Of a DNA stretch of 64,000 nt, positions 38,524 through 49,273 are shown in pieces (position 1 is the first letter of the stretch; each line of letters begins with the position of its first letter). The notes beneath the pieces were generated by a model. It was given only the letters and a program-made list of their open reading frames with translations. It was not told where the DNA came from and ran no database searches. Origin of the DNA: an uncultured Gemmatimonadales bacterium (GTDB lineage Bacteria > Gemmatimonadota > Gemmatimonadetes > Longimicrobiales > RSA9); contig OY970192.1 of NCBI GenBank assembly GCA_963708135.1, positions 992,001 to 1,056,000 on the forward strand, written 5' to 3'. The translations under genes and the position numbers were made by a program.

Positions 38524-39570
38524 ATGGCCATGGCACTTCGTACGTTCCTGAATTCCGGGCGCCTGATCCCGATCAACGACATTGCGGTCGATCTGGGGAC
38601 GGCGAACACGCTGGTGTACGTGAAGGGCGAGGGCATCGTCCTGAACGAGCCGTCGGTGGTGGCGGTGGAGCGGGGGACGAACCGGATCAAGGGAATCGGG
38701 CTGGAGGCCAAACGGATGCTGGGCCGAACGCCCGAGGGGATCATGGCGGTGCGGCCGCTGAAGGATGGCGTGATCGCGGATGTCGACATCACCGAGATCA
38801 TGCTGCGGCACTTCTTGCGTGCGGTGGCGGCGAAGCGGTTCTTCAAGATGAAGCCGCGGGTGATCGTGGGGGTGCCGTCGGGGATCACGGAGCTGGAGCG
38901 GCGGGCGGTGCGCTCGAGTGCGAAGGAGGCGGGGGCCAAGGAAGTCTACATGGTGGCGGAGCCGATGGCCGCGGCGATTGGGGTGGGGCTGCCGGTAGAC
39001 ACGCCGACGGGGAACATGGTGATCGACATCGGGGGCGGAACCACGGAGATCGCAGTGATCGCGTTGAACGGGATCGTGTCCGACACCTCGATCCGGGTGG
39101 GTGGGGACGAGATCGACGCGGCGATCGTGACGTTCCTGAGGAAGAACTACAATCTGCTGATCGGCGAGCCGACGGCGGAGGCGATCAAGATCCAGATCGG
39201 CTCGGCGTTCAACAACGGCGACGAGCGCGAGATGGAGGTGAAGGGGCGAGACCTCGTGAGCGGGATCCCGAAGACGGTGCGGGTGCACTCACAGGAGATC
39301 CGGGAGTGCATCCAGGAGCCGATCCAGCAGATCGTGGACGCGGTGCGCCGGGCGCTGGAGATCACGCCGCCGGAGCTGGCCTCCGACATCGTGGACCGGG
39401 GCATCGTGATGACGGGGGGCGGCGCGCTGATCCGTGGTCTGGACCAGCTGCTCACGCACGAGACGAACCTGCCGATCCACGTGGATGAGGAGCCGCTCAC
39501 CTGCGTGGTACGGGGCGCGGGCCGGATCCTGGACGACTTCGAGCGCTTCCGGAACGTGCTCAACACGTAA
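38524..39570 (+). CDS. mreB: rod shape-determining protein MreB
   Basis: DLGTANT, DIGGGTTE, TGGGAL. Confidence 0.98.
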   Translation: MAMALRTFLNSGRLIPINDIAVDLGTANTLVYVKGEGIVLNEPSVVAVERGTNRIKGIGLEAKRMLGRTPEGIMAVRPLKDGVIADVDITEIMLRHFLRAVAAKRFFKMKPRVIVGVPSGITELERRAVRSSAKEAGAKEVYMVAEPMAAAIGVGLPVDTPTGNMVIDIGGGTTEIAVIALNGIVSDTSIRVGGDEIDAAIVTFLRKNYNLLIGEPTAEAIKIQIGSAFNNGDEREMEVKGRDLVSGIPKTVRVHSQEIRECIQEPIQQIVDAVRRALEITPPELASDIVDRGIVMTGGGALIRGLDQLLTHETNLPIHVDEEPLTCVVRGAGRILDDFERFRNVLNT

Positions 39571-40518
39571 GTGGCGGACTACTTCGACGGCAGCCGCAAG
39601 GGACGACGCCGCGACCTGGCGTTCGCCGGGGGTGTCCTGCTGGCCGCCTTCGTTCTGTACTTCCTGCCTCCCCGCTACCAGACTCCGATCCGGGACGTGG
39701 TGCGCGCGACGGCGCTGCGGCCGTTCATCGCCATGCAATCGGGCGTGGTGCACCACGAGCAGAGCGGGGTGGACGTGAACGTCCTGTCGGCGGAGCGGGA
39801 TTCGCTGGCGGCAGTGGTGGCGGCACAGGCGAGCCTGGCGGAGGAGAACCGGCGGCTGCGCGCGCTGCTCGCGCTGCGCCCGCGGGCGGGAGCGGCGTTC
39901 GTGCCCGCGGAGCTGCTCAGCCTGGGGGTGGGCGGGGCGGAGAGCACGTTCCTGCTGGATGTGGGCTCGGCCGATGGCGTGCAGGTGGGCAGCCCGGTGA
40001 TCGCGCCGGGCGGCCTCGTGGGGGTGGTGAAGGACGTGGGTCCGCACCTCTCGCAGGCCATCGACTGGACGAACCCGGACTTCCGGGCGAGCGCGATGAC
40101 GGCCGACGGCACATCGTACGGGATCGTGGAGCCACGGCAGGAGGGCTCCTTCCGGGAGGATGATCTGCTGGCGCTGACGGGAGCGCCGTTCCACAGCGAG
40201 ATCGCGGCCGGGACGCGTGTGGTCACGTCGGGGCGGGGTGGCATCTACCCGCGCGGCGTCCCGCTGGGCACGGTGGTCGGGATCGATGAGGCGGACACCG
40301 GCTGGCGGAAGAGCTACCTGCTGCGGCCGGCGGTGCGCCCGGAAGGCGTCACGCACGTGCTGGTCGGTCTGCCACGGGCTCGGGCCTATCGTGGCGACAT
40401 CTCCGACCTGTGGAGCGTGCAAGCGGCGCCGGACACCGTGGCGGCCCGGCTCGAGGGGCAGGATTCCCTGCACGGCACGGGCGCGCCGGCCAAGCCGACG
40501 TCGCAGGGGAGCCGCTGA
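39571..40518 (+). CDS. mreC: rod shape-determining protein MreC
   Basis: TM, coiled coil EENRRLR, VVTSGRGGIYPRG. Confidence 0.92.
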   Translation: MADYFDGSRKGRRRDLAFAGGVLLAAFVLYFLPPRYQTPIRDVVRATALRPFIAMQSGVVHHEQSGVDVNVLSAERDSLAAVVAAQASLAEENRRLRALLALRPRAGAAFVPAELLSLGVGGAESTFLLDVGSADGVQVGSPVIAPGGLVGVVKDVGPHLSQAIDWTNPDFRASAMTADGTSYGIVEPRQEGSFREDDLLALTGAPFHSEIAAGTRVVTSGRGGIYPRGVPLGTVVGIDEADTGWRKSYLLRPAVRPEGVTHVLVGLPRARAYRGDISDLWSVQAAPDTVAARLEGQDSLHGTGAPAKPTSQGSR

Positions 40519-41000
40519 TGGCGACGGGGGGCTGGAGCTACGCGGCGCTGATCGTGGTGCTGGTCGTGCTCCATTTTCTGCTGCATCTCGGATTCGGGCT
40601 GGGATCCTCCGCGCCGGATCTCTTGACGGTGGCGTTGCTGCTCGGGGCGAGGCGGCTGGGTGGTGGCGGCGCGGCGCTTCTGGGGTTCGTTCTTGGCCTC
40701 CTGCGTGATGCGCTCGCGATCGCGGCGTTCGGTGCCGACATGGTGGTGCTGACGGCGCTCGGGTACGTGGGGGCTCGCTCGCGCGAGCTGTTCGTGGGAG
40801 ACAGCCTGGTGTTCGGCGCGGCCTACCTGTTCCTGGGCAAGTGGGTGCACGATGCGGGGTTGTACCTTCTGGGCAGGACGATCGGCGGTGCCGGCGTCGC
40901 CGCCGGGCTGCTGGTCGAGGCGCCGATCGCGGCCGCGTACGCGGCCGCGGCGGGCATGCTCGCGCTGCTCGCCTACCGCTCGTTCACGGGAGAGCGCTGA
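40518..41000 (+). CDS. mreD: rod shape-determining protein MreD
   Basis: Hydrophobic; PDLL, GLLRD; position in operon. Confidence 0.88.
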   Translation: MATGGWSYAALIVVLVVLHFLLHLGFGLGSSAPDLLTVALLLGARRLGGGGAALLGFVLGLLRDALAIAAFGADMVVLTALGYVGARSRELFVGDSLVFGAAYLFLGKWVHDAGLYLLGRTIGGAGVAAGLLVEAPIAAAYAAAAGMLALLAYRSFTGER

Positions 41001-41045
41001 GGCGCGGCGGCGCGTGGGCTCCATCCCTTCCTCGGGTTGACGGTC

Positions 41046-42869
41046 ATGCAGGTCTTCCATCCGCACGTGCGACGACGGCGTGCGATCGGCGCCATGGCGG
41101 CGCTGTTCCTCGGTCTGGGCAGTCTGGGCGCGGCGTTCTTCCGCACGCAGATCGTCCAGAACGAGGCGTACTCCCAGCAGTCGGAGATGAACCGGCTGCG
41201 GCCGATGATGCTGCCCGCGCCGCGCGGCACGATCTACGACCGCAACGGTCGGATCATCGCCGACAACATGCCCGGCTACACCCTCTCGCTTCTGCCCGCA
41301 CCCACGGACTCGCTCGAACGCACGCTCGAGCGGCTCGCGCCGCTCGTCTCGCTGCCGCCGGACGGAGTGGCCGCGGCGCTGGCGCGGCACCGCCGGGCGC
41401 CGGCGTTCCCGGTGGTCGTGGCGACGGACCTGAGCTTCGACCAGGTATCCAGGCTCGAGGAGCGGCGGGACATGCTGCCCGGGATCTTCATCGACATGCG
41501 CCCGAAGCGGCGCTACACGGGCGGGCCCGCGATTGCGCACCTGGTCGGGTATACGGCCGAGATCAGCGAGCGGGAGCTGGGCGAGGCGGAGTTCGCCGGT
41601 TACACGCAGGGGCAGCAGGTCGGCAAGGCCGGCCTCGAGCGGGAGTATCAGCACCTGCTGGCAGGGAAGCCCGGCTTCCGGTACGTGAAGGTGGACGCGC
41701 GCGGGCACCTGGTCGGGCGGTTCAGGCCGCGCCCGCAGCAGCCCCCGGTCCCGGGCCAGGACCTGCACCTCTACCTCGATCTGCCGTTGCAGGAGTTCGT
41801 CGCGCACATCTTCCCGGACTCGATGCGGGGCGCGATCGTGGCCATGGAGCCGGGGACGGGGCACGTGCTCGCCATCTACTCCAAGCCGGCGTACGATCCC
41901 AACGATTTCATCGGCGGCGTGTCCACGAAGGTGTGGCGGGGCCTGCGCGACGATCCGGCCAAGCCGCTGCTTCAGCGGGCGAGCGCCGGGCTCTACCCGC
42001 CGGGCTCGACGTTCAAGCTGGCCACGGCGGCGATCGGGCTGGAGCTGGGCGTGATCGATGCGAAGGCGGTGATGCCGATCCCCTGTCGCGGCGGGATGCA
42101 GTTCGGCGACCGCTACTTCCGCTGCTGGGACCGCAAGGGGCACGGGTTCGTTACCCTTCCGGACGCGATCAAGCTCTCCTGTGATGTGTACTTCTACCAG
42201 CTCGGGCTGAAGATCGGGCTGGACCGCTTCACGGCGGAGGGGACGCGGCTCGGCTTCTCCGAGAAGACGGGCATCGATTTGCCCGTCGAGCGCGCGGGCA
42301 ACTTCCCGGACTCGCCGGATTGGTACAGGCGCCACTTCGGGTGGAAGCCGACATCCGCGGAGGTGCTCAGCCTCGCCATCGGGCAGGGCCCCAACGACCA
42401 GACGCCGCTGAAGATGGCGCAATTCTACGCGGCGCTCGCGGCGGACGGGCGGGTGCGCTCCCCGCGCATCGCGGCGGTAGGCGACAGCGGACAGGTCTGG
42501 GACCTGCACATCTCGAAGGAGAGCCTGGGCTGGCTCCGCGAGGGGCTGCGCCGGGTGGTGGCGAGCGGCGGCACGGCCGGCCTCTCGCGGCTCGAGCACT
42601 GGGACCTGCTGGGAAAGACGGGCACGGCGCAGAACTCGCACGGCGCGGACCACGCCTGGTTCGTGGGAATGGCCGGCCCCCGCGGCGGCGACCCCGAGGT
42701 CGTGGTGGCGGCGCTGGTGGAGGCCGGCGCCCACGGTTCGGAAGCGGCGCAGTACGCGGCCAAGGCGGCGGATTACTACTTGCGGGAGAAGTACCACATG
42801 CCGATCGACACGATCCAGACGCTGAAGGAGCATCTGCTGGCGGGGAAGCCCGCGCCCTGGGCGCAATGA
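41046..42869 (+). CDS. mrdA: penicillin-binding protein 2
   Basis: PRGTIYDRNG; STFK, SCD, KTG motifs. Confidence 0.95.
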   Translation: MQVFHPHVRRRRAIGAMAALFLGLGSLGAAFFRTQIVQNEAYSQQSEMNRLRPMMLPAPRGTIYDRNGRIIADNMPGYTLSLLPAPTDSLERTLERLAPLVSLPPDGVAAALARHRRAPAFPVVVATDLSFDQVSRLEERRDMLPGIFIDMRPKRRYTGGPAIAHLVGYTAEISERELGEAEFAGYTQGQQVGKAGLEREYQHLLAGKPGFRYVKVDARGHLVGRFRPRPQQPPVPGQDLHLYLDLPLQEFVAHIFPDSMRGAIVAMEPGTGHVLAIYSKPAYDPNDFIGGVSTKVWRGLRDDPAKPLLQRASAGLYPPGSTFKLATAAIGLELGVIDAKAVMPIPCRGGMQFGDRYFRCWDRKGHGFVTLPDAIKLSCDVYFYQLGLKIGLDRFTAEGTRLGFSEKTGIDLPVERAGNFPDSPDWYRRHFGWKPTSAEVLSLAIGQGPNDQTPLKMAQFYAALAADGRVRSPRIAAVGDSGQVWDLHISKESLGWLREGLRRVVASGGTAGLSRLEHWDLLGKTGTAQNSHGADHAWFVGMAGPRGGDPEVVVAALVEAGAHGSEAAQYAAKAADYYLREKYHMPIDTIQTLKEHLLAGKPAPWAQ

Positions 42870-44110
42870 CGGTGATCCGGCGCGCCCGGTCGCTGCTGGG
42901 CGACCCGGTTCTCGCCATCACGATCTTCGCGCTCACGGTCTTCGGGATCGCGATGATCTACTCCGCGGGGCAGCTCGACGTGCCGGACCCGCTCGTCCGG
43001 CGGCTCTGGAAGATGCAGATCCTGTGGTGGGGGATCTCGCTGGTGGCGCTCTTCGTCGTGATGCGGATCCAGGTGCGCTGGTTCGAGTGGGCGGCGGTGC
43101 CGGCGTACGTGCTGTCGATTCTCGCGCTCGTCGCTACGCTGGTCATCGGCATCGGGCTCGGCACCGCCAAGGGGACGAAGCAGTGGATCTCGCTCGGCCC
43201 CGTCGCCATCCAGCCGGCGCAGTTCGCGGACCTGGCGACCATCCTCATGCTCGGCCGCGTGATCGGCAGCTGGCGCGAGCCGCCGGGCTCACTCTTCGCG
43301 CTGTGGAGGCCGGTCGCGGTGGCCGCCGTGCCGCTCCTGCTGGTGCTGGCGCAGCCGGATCTCGGGACCGCGATGGTGTTCGGGGCGATCCTCGTGGCGA
43401 CGCTGTACTGGGGCGGCACGCCGCTGGGACTCATGTTCCTGCTGCTGTCCCCGCTGTTCGGGCTGTTCCTGGCGTTCCAGGGCTGGCTGTTCAGCGTCTA
43501 CATGGTGGCGCTGATCGCCTTCCTCTACTTCTACCGCACCTACCTGCTGGAGGGCGCGCTCATCGTGGGCGCCAACCTGGCGGCGGGGACGGTGGCGGTG
43601 CCGCTCTGGAATCACCTGAAGCCGTACCAGAAGAACCGCCTGCTGGTGTTCCTGGACCCGAGCATCGATCCGCGCGGCTCGGGCTATCACGTGATCCAGT
43701 CGCGTGTGGCGATCGGGAGCGGCGGACTGCTGGGCAAGGGCTTCACGATGGGGACGCAGAAACGGCTCGCGTTCCTGCCGGAGCAGCAGACGGACTTCAT
43801 CTTCAGCGTGATCGGCGAGGAGTTCGGCTTCATCGGGACGATGGCGGTGCTGATCGCCTTCGGGGTCGTGCTGTGGCGCCTGGCGCGCGTCTCCGAGCGG
43901 GTGGCCGACCCCTTTGCCGGGATCGTGGTGTTCGGTATCTTCGGGGCCTGGTTCGCACATGTCGTGGTGAACATCGGGATGACGGTCGGCGTGATGCCGA
44001 TCACCGGCATCCCGTTGCCGTTCCTCAGCTACGGCGGCTCTTTCCTGCTGGCCACCTACATTGGCCTGGGGCTGGCGGAGCGGGTGTCGGCGGAACAGGG
44101 GAAGATCTGA
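42866..44110 (+). CDS. rodA: rod shape-determining protein RodA
   Basis: QPDLGT, AIGSGG, PEQQTDFIF, PITGIPLPFLSYGGS. Confidence 0.95.
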   Translation: MTVIRRARSLLGDPVLAITIFALTVFGIAMIYSAGQLDVPDPLVRRLWKMQILWWGISLVALFVVMRIQVRWFEWAAVPAYVLSILALVATLVIGIGLGTAKGTKQWISLGPVAIQPAQFADLATILMLGRVIGSWREPPGSLFALWRPVAVAAVPLLLVLAQPDLGTAMVFGAILVATLYWGGTPLGLMFLLLSPLFGLFLAFQGWLFSVYMVALIAFLYFYRTYLLEGALIVGANLAAGTVAVPLWNHLKPYQKNRLLVFLDPSIDPRGSGYHVIQSRVAIGSGGLLGKGFTMGTQKRLAFLPEQQTDFIFSVIGEEFGFIGTMAVLIAFGVVLWRLARVSERVADPFAGIVVFGIFGAWFAHVVVNIGMTVGVMPITGIPLPFLSYGGSFLLATYIGLGLAERVSAEQGKI

Positions 44111-44114
44111 AGCG

Positions 44115-45089
44115 ATGACGTGGTTCCGGAAGCCCAAGCAGAAGCTGCGTGCCACGGACCGGCGGGACCTGCCAACGGACGTGTTCGACAAGTGTCCGGA
44201 TTGCGGGGAGATCGTGTACCGGGCGCGGCTGGAACAGAACCTGGGCGTGTGCCCGAGCTGCGGTCATCACTCCCGTATCGACGCGGAGCAGTACGTCGCG
44301 CTGCTGCTCGACGCCGACGGCATCGAGGAGCTGGATGCGGATCTGCGCAGCGGGGACCCGATCGGGTTCGTGGACCTGAAGCCGTACACGGAGCGCCTGA
44401 GCGCGGCGGAGCGGAACACGGGCCACGGTGACGCGATCCTCACGGCCGTGGGGGCGCTGGAGGAGATCCCCGTCTGCCTCGGCGTGATGGACTTTGCCTT
44501 CATCGGCGGCAGCATGGGGTCGGTGGTGGGCGAGAAGCTGGCGCGGGCGGGGCGGCGTGCGCTGGAGGACCGGCGGCCGCTGATCGTGGTCTCCGCGTCC
44601 GGCGGCGCCCGCATGATGGAGGGGATCCTCTCGCTCATGCAGATGGCCAAGACCTCCGCGGTGCTCGCGCAGCTGCACGAGGCCGGGCTGCCGTACGTTT
44701 CGGTGCTGACGAATCCGACGACCGGAGGCGTCACCGCCTCGTATGGAATGCTCGGGGATCTGAACCTGGCCGAGCCGGGGGCGCTCATCGGCTTCGCCGG
44801 CCCGCGCGTGATCGAGCAGACGATCAAGCAGGAGCTGCCGGCGGGGTTCCAGCGATCCGAGTTCCTGCTCGAGCACGGCATGCTCGACCGGATCGTGGAT
44901 CGGCGCGGGATGAAGCACGAGATCGGCTCGCTGCTGCGCCACATGCTGGGGCTGCCGGAGCGTCCGGCGGCGCAGTTCGAGAACGGCGCCGCCGCGCGTC
45001 CGGGGGAGGCAGCGGGCGTCCGTCCGCCGCCGCCGGGACGCGAGGATGGCCGGGCCGCGGGAGGCCGGAAGGGGCGCGCCTCGAGTTGA
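44115..45089 (+). CDS. accD: acetyl-CoA carboxylase carboxyltransferase beta subunit
   Basis: C4 zinc finger, GGSMGSVVGE, SGGARMMEG, FAGPRVIEQ. Confidence 0.96.
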   Translation: MTWFRKPKQKLRATDRRDLPTDVFDKCPDCGEIVYRARLEQNLGVCPSCGHHSRIDAEQYVALLLDADGIEELDADLRSGDPIGFVDLKPYTERLSAAERNTGHGDAILTAVGALEEIPVCLGVMDFAFIGGSMGSVVGEKLARAGRRALEDRRPLIVVSASGGARMMEGILSLMQMAKTSAVLAQLHEAGLPYVSVLTNPTTGGVTASYGMLGDLNLAEPGALIGFAGPRVIEQTIKQELPAGFQRSEFLLEHGMLDRIVDRRGMKHEIGSLLRHMLGLPERPAAQFENGAAARPGEAAGVRPPPPGREDGRAAGGRKGRASS

Positions 45090-46414
45090 GTCCCGCCACA
45101 TACCAGGATCTGATCCGCGAGCTGTTCCCCCGCCTCACCGGCGGGATCCGCTGGGGCCTCGAGCGGACGGAGCGGCTCCTCGCCAGCGTGGGGGATCCTC
45201 ACCGCGCCTTTCGCACCATCCACGTCGGCGGCACGAACGGGAAGGGCTCGGTTTCGGCCACGATCGCGGCGGTGCTGCGGCGCTGCGACGGGGGGCCGAT
45301 CGGCCTCTACACCTCGCCGCACCTGTGCACGTTCCGGGAAAGAATCCAGATCGAGGGGGAGCCGGTGTCCGAGGCCGCGCTGCTGTCTGCGGCGACCCGG
45401 CTGTGGCCTGCCGTCGAGGCGGAGCGGCCGTCGTTCTTCGAGGCGACGACGGCCCTCGCCTTCCTCGTGCTGGCGGAGGCCGGGGTGTCCGCCGCGGTGG
45501 TCGAGGTGGGGCTGGGCGGGCGGCTGGATGCGACGAACGTGATCGCGCCGGCGGTCGTGGCGCTGACCAACGTCGCCATGGACCACGCGCAGTACCTCGG
45601 CGAGACGCCGCTCGCGGTGGCGGGCGAGAAAGCGGGGATCATCAAGCCCGGCGTTCCCGTCGTCACCGCGGAGCCGCCCGGGCCGGTGCGCGCGCTGTTC
45701 CAGGCGCGGGCGGCACAGCTCGGCGCGCCCTTCGAGGCGGTGGAGCGGGAGTCGCTGAGGGAGGTGGTCGTGACGGAGCAAGGCACGCGGTTCCAGGTGG
45801 AGACCTCCGCCTGGGGGCCTCTTTCCCTCGCTACGCCGCTGGCGGGGGAACACCAGGCCATGAACGCCGCGCTCGCCGTGCGCGCGCTCGAGCGCCTGCC
45901 GGAGCCGCTGCGTCCCCGCCGGGACGCAGTACTGGCGGGCGTCCCCGACGTCTACTGGCCGGGCCGGCTCCAGGTCGAGATCATCGAGGGACGCCACTGG
46001 GTCTTCGACGTGGCCCACAACACCGCCGGCGTGCAGGCCCTGGTCTCGACGCTGGACGCGCTCGCGCCGCCGCGGCCGCTCGTGCTGGTCGTCGGCATCC
46101 TGGGCGACAAGGAGTGGGGCAGCATGCTGCCGCCGCTCTTCGCCGCCGCCGACCACGTGGTGCTGACGGATCCGCCCAGCGCCCCGGCGGAGCGGCGCTG
46201 GGATGCCGCGGCAGCGCTCGCCGCCGTGGCCGCGCCGGCGGCCGAGGTGGTGCCGGATTTCGCCTCCGCGCTCGCCCGGGCCCGCGGCCGCGCGGGCACG
46301 GGAAGCGTGCTGGTGACCGGCTCCTTCCATACCGTCGGAGACGCGCTGGCGCTGCTCGGCCGCGCGCCCTACGGCTCCGACCTGCCCTTGCTGCGCCCCG
46401 CGAGCGGCGCCTAG
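45086..46414 (+). CDS. folC: folylpolyglutamate/dihydrofolate synthase
   Basis: GTNGKGS, YTSPHL, EVGLGGRLDATN, DVAHN; TTG start overlapping accD stop. Confidence 0.95.
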   Translation: MSPATYQDLIRELFPRLTGGIRWGLERTERLLASVGDPHRAFRTIHVGGTNGKGSVSATIAAVLRRCDGGPIGLYTSPHLCTFRERIQIEGEPVSEAALLSAATRLWPAVEAERPSFFEATTALAFLVLAEAGVSAAVVEVGLGGRLDATNVIAPAVVALTNVAMDHAQYLGETPLAVAGEKAGIIKPGVPVVTAEPPGPVRALFQARAAQLGAPFEAVERESLREVVVTEQGTRFQVETSAWGPLSLATPLAGEHQAMNAALAVRALERLPEPLRPRRDAVLAGVPDVYWPGRLQVEIIEGRHWVFDVAHNTAGVQALVSTLDALAPPRPLVLVVGILGDKEWGSMLPPLFAAADHVVLTDPPSAPAERRWDAAAALAAVAAPAAEVVPDFASALARARGRAGTGSVLVTGSFHTVGDALALLGRAPYGSDLPLLRPASGA

Positions 46415-46425
46415 ATTCGCCGGCC

Positions 46426-47724
46426 ATGGCGGCAGTCCAGAGTCTCCCCGGTTTTCGCGACTTCTATCCCCGGGACTTCGCGGCGCGCGCGCGCATCATG
46501 GGCTCGTGGCGCGAGGCGGCCCGGCGCTTCGGCTTCGAGGAATACGACGGGCCGCCGCTGGAGCCGCTCGAGCTCTACGTCGAGAAGAGCGGCGAGGAGA
46601 TCGTGCGCCAGCTCTACAACTTCGAGGACAAGGGGGGGCGGCAGGTGTCGCTCCGGCCCGAGATGACGCCCTCGCTGGCGCGCATGGTGGCGGCGCGGGC
46701 GGGTGAGCTGCGCAAGCCGATCCGGTGGTCGTCCATGCCGCAGCTGTTCCGCTACGAGCGGACGCAGCGCGGGCGGCTGCGCGAGCACTTCCAGTGGAAC
46801 GTGGACATCATCGGCGAAGAGGATGTCTCGGCGGACGCCGAGGTGCTCGCCGTCGGGCTGACGGCGCTTCGCCTGCTCGGGCTCGGCGCCGAGGACGTGG
46901 TGGCGCGCGTGAGCGACCGGCGGCTCCTCGAGCTGCTGCTTCTCGACGCCAGCGTGCCCGCGGACCAGCTTCCCGCCGCGTACGCGGTGATCGACAAGCT
47001 CGGCCGCGAGAGCGACGCCGTGCTCCGGCGGCGCCTGGAGCAGGAGGCTGGGTTGGGCCCGGGGACGATCGAAGCGGTGTACGCCATCTTCGGCCACCGC
47101 GACTTCGACGCGCTCGCGGCCGCCTATGCCGGCGTGAACGATGTCGGCGTGGAGCTGGAGCGCCTGCGCCGCTACTTCGGCGCGCTGGAGGAGCTCGGGC
47201 TCGGGGATTTCGTGGTGTTCGACCCGACCATCGTGCGGGGTCTCGCCTATTACACGGGGATCGTCTTCGAGATCTTCGACCGGAAGGGCGAGCTGCGTGC
47301 GGTCTGCGGCGGTGGCCGCTACGACGACCTGCTCGAGGCCGTCGGCGGGGTGCCGCTCCCGGCGCTCGGGTTCGGCATGGGCGACGTCGTGCTGCGGGAG
47401 CTGCTCGAGGAGCGCGGCCTGCTGCCCGACCTGGAGCAGAACGTGGACTACTACCTCGTCGCGGTGGGCGAGGAGGAGCGGCCCGTGCTGCGGCGGATCG
47501 CACGCGCGCTCCGCGAGGCCGGGCATTCCGTGCTGTACGCGCTGCGCGGCGGCGGGGTACGATCGCAGTTCAAGGACGCGAACGCCCGCGGCGCCCGCCG
47601 CGTCATCGTGGTGGGGCCGGACGAGGTGGCGGCGGGCGCGGTGGTGGTGCGGGAGATGGGGAGTGGCGAGGAGCGGCGTGTGGGAATCGAGCGGCTTCTC
47701 GAGCGTGGGGATGCCGGGGAGTAG
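46426..47724 (+). CDS. hisS: histidine-tRNA ligase
   Basis: GFRDFYP, LRPEMT, RGLAYYTG, GGGRYD. Confidence 0.96.
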   Translation: MAAVQSLPGFRDFYPRDFAARARIMGSWREAARRFGFEEYDGPPLEPLELYVEKSGEEIVRQLYNFEDKGGRQVSLRPEMTPSLARMVAARAGELRKPIRWSSMPQLFRYERTQRGRLREHFQWNVDIIGEEDVSADAEVLAVGLTALRLLGLGAEDVVARVSDRRLLELLLLDASVPADQLPAAYAVIDKLGRESDAVLRRRLEQEAGLGPGTIEAVYAIFGHRDFDALAAAYAGVNDVGVELERLRRYFGALEELGLGDFVVFDPTIVRGLAYYTGIVFEIFDRKGELRAVCGGGRYDDLLEAVGGVPLPALGFGMGDVVLRELLEERGLLPDLEQNVDYYLVAVGEEERPVLRRIARALREAGHSVLYALRGGGVRSQFKDANARGARRVIVVGPDEVAAGAVVVREMGSGEERRVGIERLLERGDAGE

Positions 47725-47770
47725 AACGGTTCCTGGTACCTCGTTCAGGGTTTGGAAAGGTCAGCTACCA

Positions 47771-49273
47771 TTGGCGGACGATCAGGCATTGACGCCCAGG
47801 GCTGAGGACTTCAGCGCCTGGTACAACGAGGTGGTGCAGCGGGCCGAGCTGGCGGACTACTCGCCGGTGCGCGGCAGCATGGTGATCCGGCCGTACGGCT
47901 ACGGGATCTGGGAGAACATGCAGCGCACCCTGGACGGGATGTTCAAGGCGACGGGGCACCAGAACGCGTACTTCCCGCTGTTCATTCCGCAGAGCTTCAT
48001 CGCGCGCGAGGCGGCGCACATCGAGGGGTTCGCCAAGGAGATGGCGGTGGTGACGCACACCCGTCTGATAGCGGACGGGAAGGGTGGCCTGGTGCCGGAT
48101 CCGGCGTCGAAGCTGGAGGAGCCGCTGATCGTGCGGCCCACGTCGGAGACGATCATCTACGCCATGTTCGCGAAGTGGGTGCAGAGCTACCGGGACCTGC
48201 CGCTGCTGATCAACCAGTGGGCGAACGTGGTGCGCTGGGAGATGCGGACGCGGCTGTTCCTGCGCACGCTCGAGTTCCTGTGGCAGGAGGGGCACACGGC
48301 GCACGCAACGGAGGCGGAGGCGGAGGAGGAGGCGATCCGCATGCTCGGCGTATACCGGGACTTCATGGAAGGCTCCATGGCGATGCCGCCGATCACGGGG
48401 CGCAAGACGGAGTCGGAGAAGTTCCCGGGCGCGGTGCGTACCTACGCGTGCGAGGCGCTCATGCAGGACAACCGAGGGCTGCAGGCGGGCACGTCGCACA
48501 TGCTCGGGCAGAACTTCGCTCGACAGTTCGACCTGAAGTTCCAGACGGAGGCGGGTGGCGAGGACTACGCGTACAACACTTCCTGGGGCGTCTCGACGCG
48601 GCTGGTAGGCGCGCTGGTCATGACGCACGGGGATGACCTGGGGCTGGTGTTGCCGCCGGAGCTCGCGCCGATCCAGGTGGTGGTCGTGCCGATCTATCGG
48701 AAGGACGAGGAGCGTGCCCTCGTGCTGGAGAAGGCCGAGTACGTGGCGACCGCGCTCCGGGCGGAGCAGGTCCGGGTGCACGTGGACGCGCGGGATACCA
48801 TGAAGCCGGGCGCCAAGTACTTCGAATGGGAGCGGCGCGGCGTGCCGCTCCGGATCGAGATCGGGCCGCGCGACGTGGCGGCCGGCAAGCTCATGCTGGT
48901 GAGGCGCGTGGAGACGCCGGGGCTGGCGAGGAAGGAAGCGGTCGAGGAATCGGCCGCGCTGCGCGGCATCCCGAAGCTTCTGGTCGACCTCCAGGGCGCG
49001 CTGCTGGAGGCGGCGCGGCGGCGGCGCGAGGAGAATTCGCATCGGGGCGTGGCCGACTACGAGCGGTTCAGGGAGATCGTCGAGGGCGCGGGCGGCTTCG
49101 TGTACGCCGGCTGGTGCGGCGCGGCGGCGTGCGAGGCGCGGGTGAAGGAGGAGACGAAGGCGACGATCCGCTGCCTTCCCTCCGAGGAGTTCCGCACGCC
49201 CGAGGCTCCCACCCGCTGCCTGGTGTGCGGCGGCGCGGCCGTGGAGGAGGCGGTTTGGGCGAGAGCGTACTGA
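47771..49273 (+). CDS. proS: proline-tRNA ligase (archaeal/eukaryote-like type)
   Basis: RPTSET, NQWANVVRWE, FLWQEGHT, C-terminal ARAY; no INS editing domain; TTG start. Confidence 0.96.
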   Translation: MADDQALTPRAEDFSAWYNEVVQRAELADYSPVRGSMVIRPYGYGIWENMQRTLDGMFKATGHQNAYFPLFIPQSFIAREAAHIEGFAKEMAVVTHTRLIADGKGGLVPDPASKLEEPLIVRPTSETIIYAMFAKWVQSYRDLPLLINQWANVVRWEMRTRLFLRTLEFLWQEGHTAHATEAEAEEEAIRMLGVYRDFMEGSMAMPPITGRKTESEKFPGAVRTYACEALMQDNRGLQAGTSHMLGQNFARQFDLKFQTEAGGEDYAYNTSWGVSTRLVGALVMTHGDDLGLVLPPELAPIQVVVVPIYRKDEERALVLEKAEYVATALRAEQVRVHVDARDTMKPGAKYFEWERRGVPLRIEIGPRDVAAGKLMLVRRVETPGLARKEAVEESAALRGIPKLLVDLQGALLEAARRRREENSHRGVADYERFREIVEGAGGFVYAGWCGAAACEARVKEETKATIRCLPSEEFRTPEAPTRCLVCGGAAVEEAVWARAY

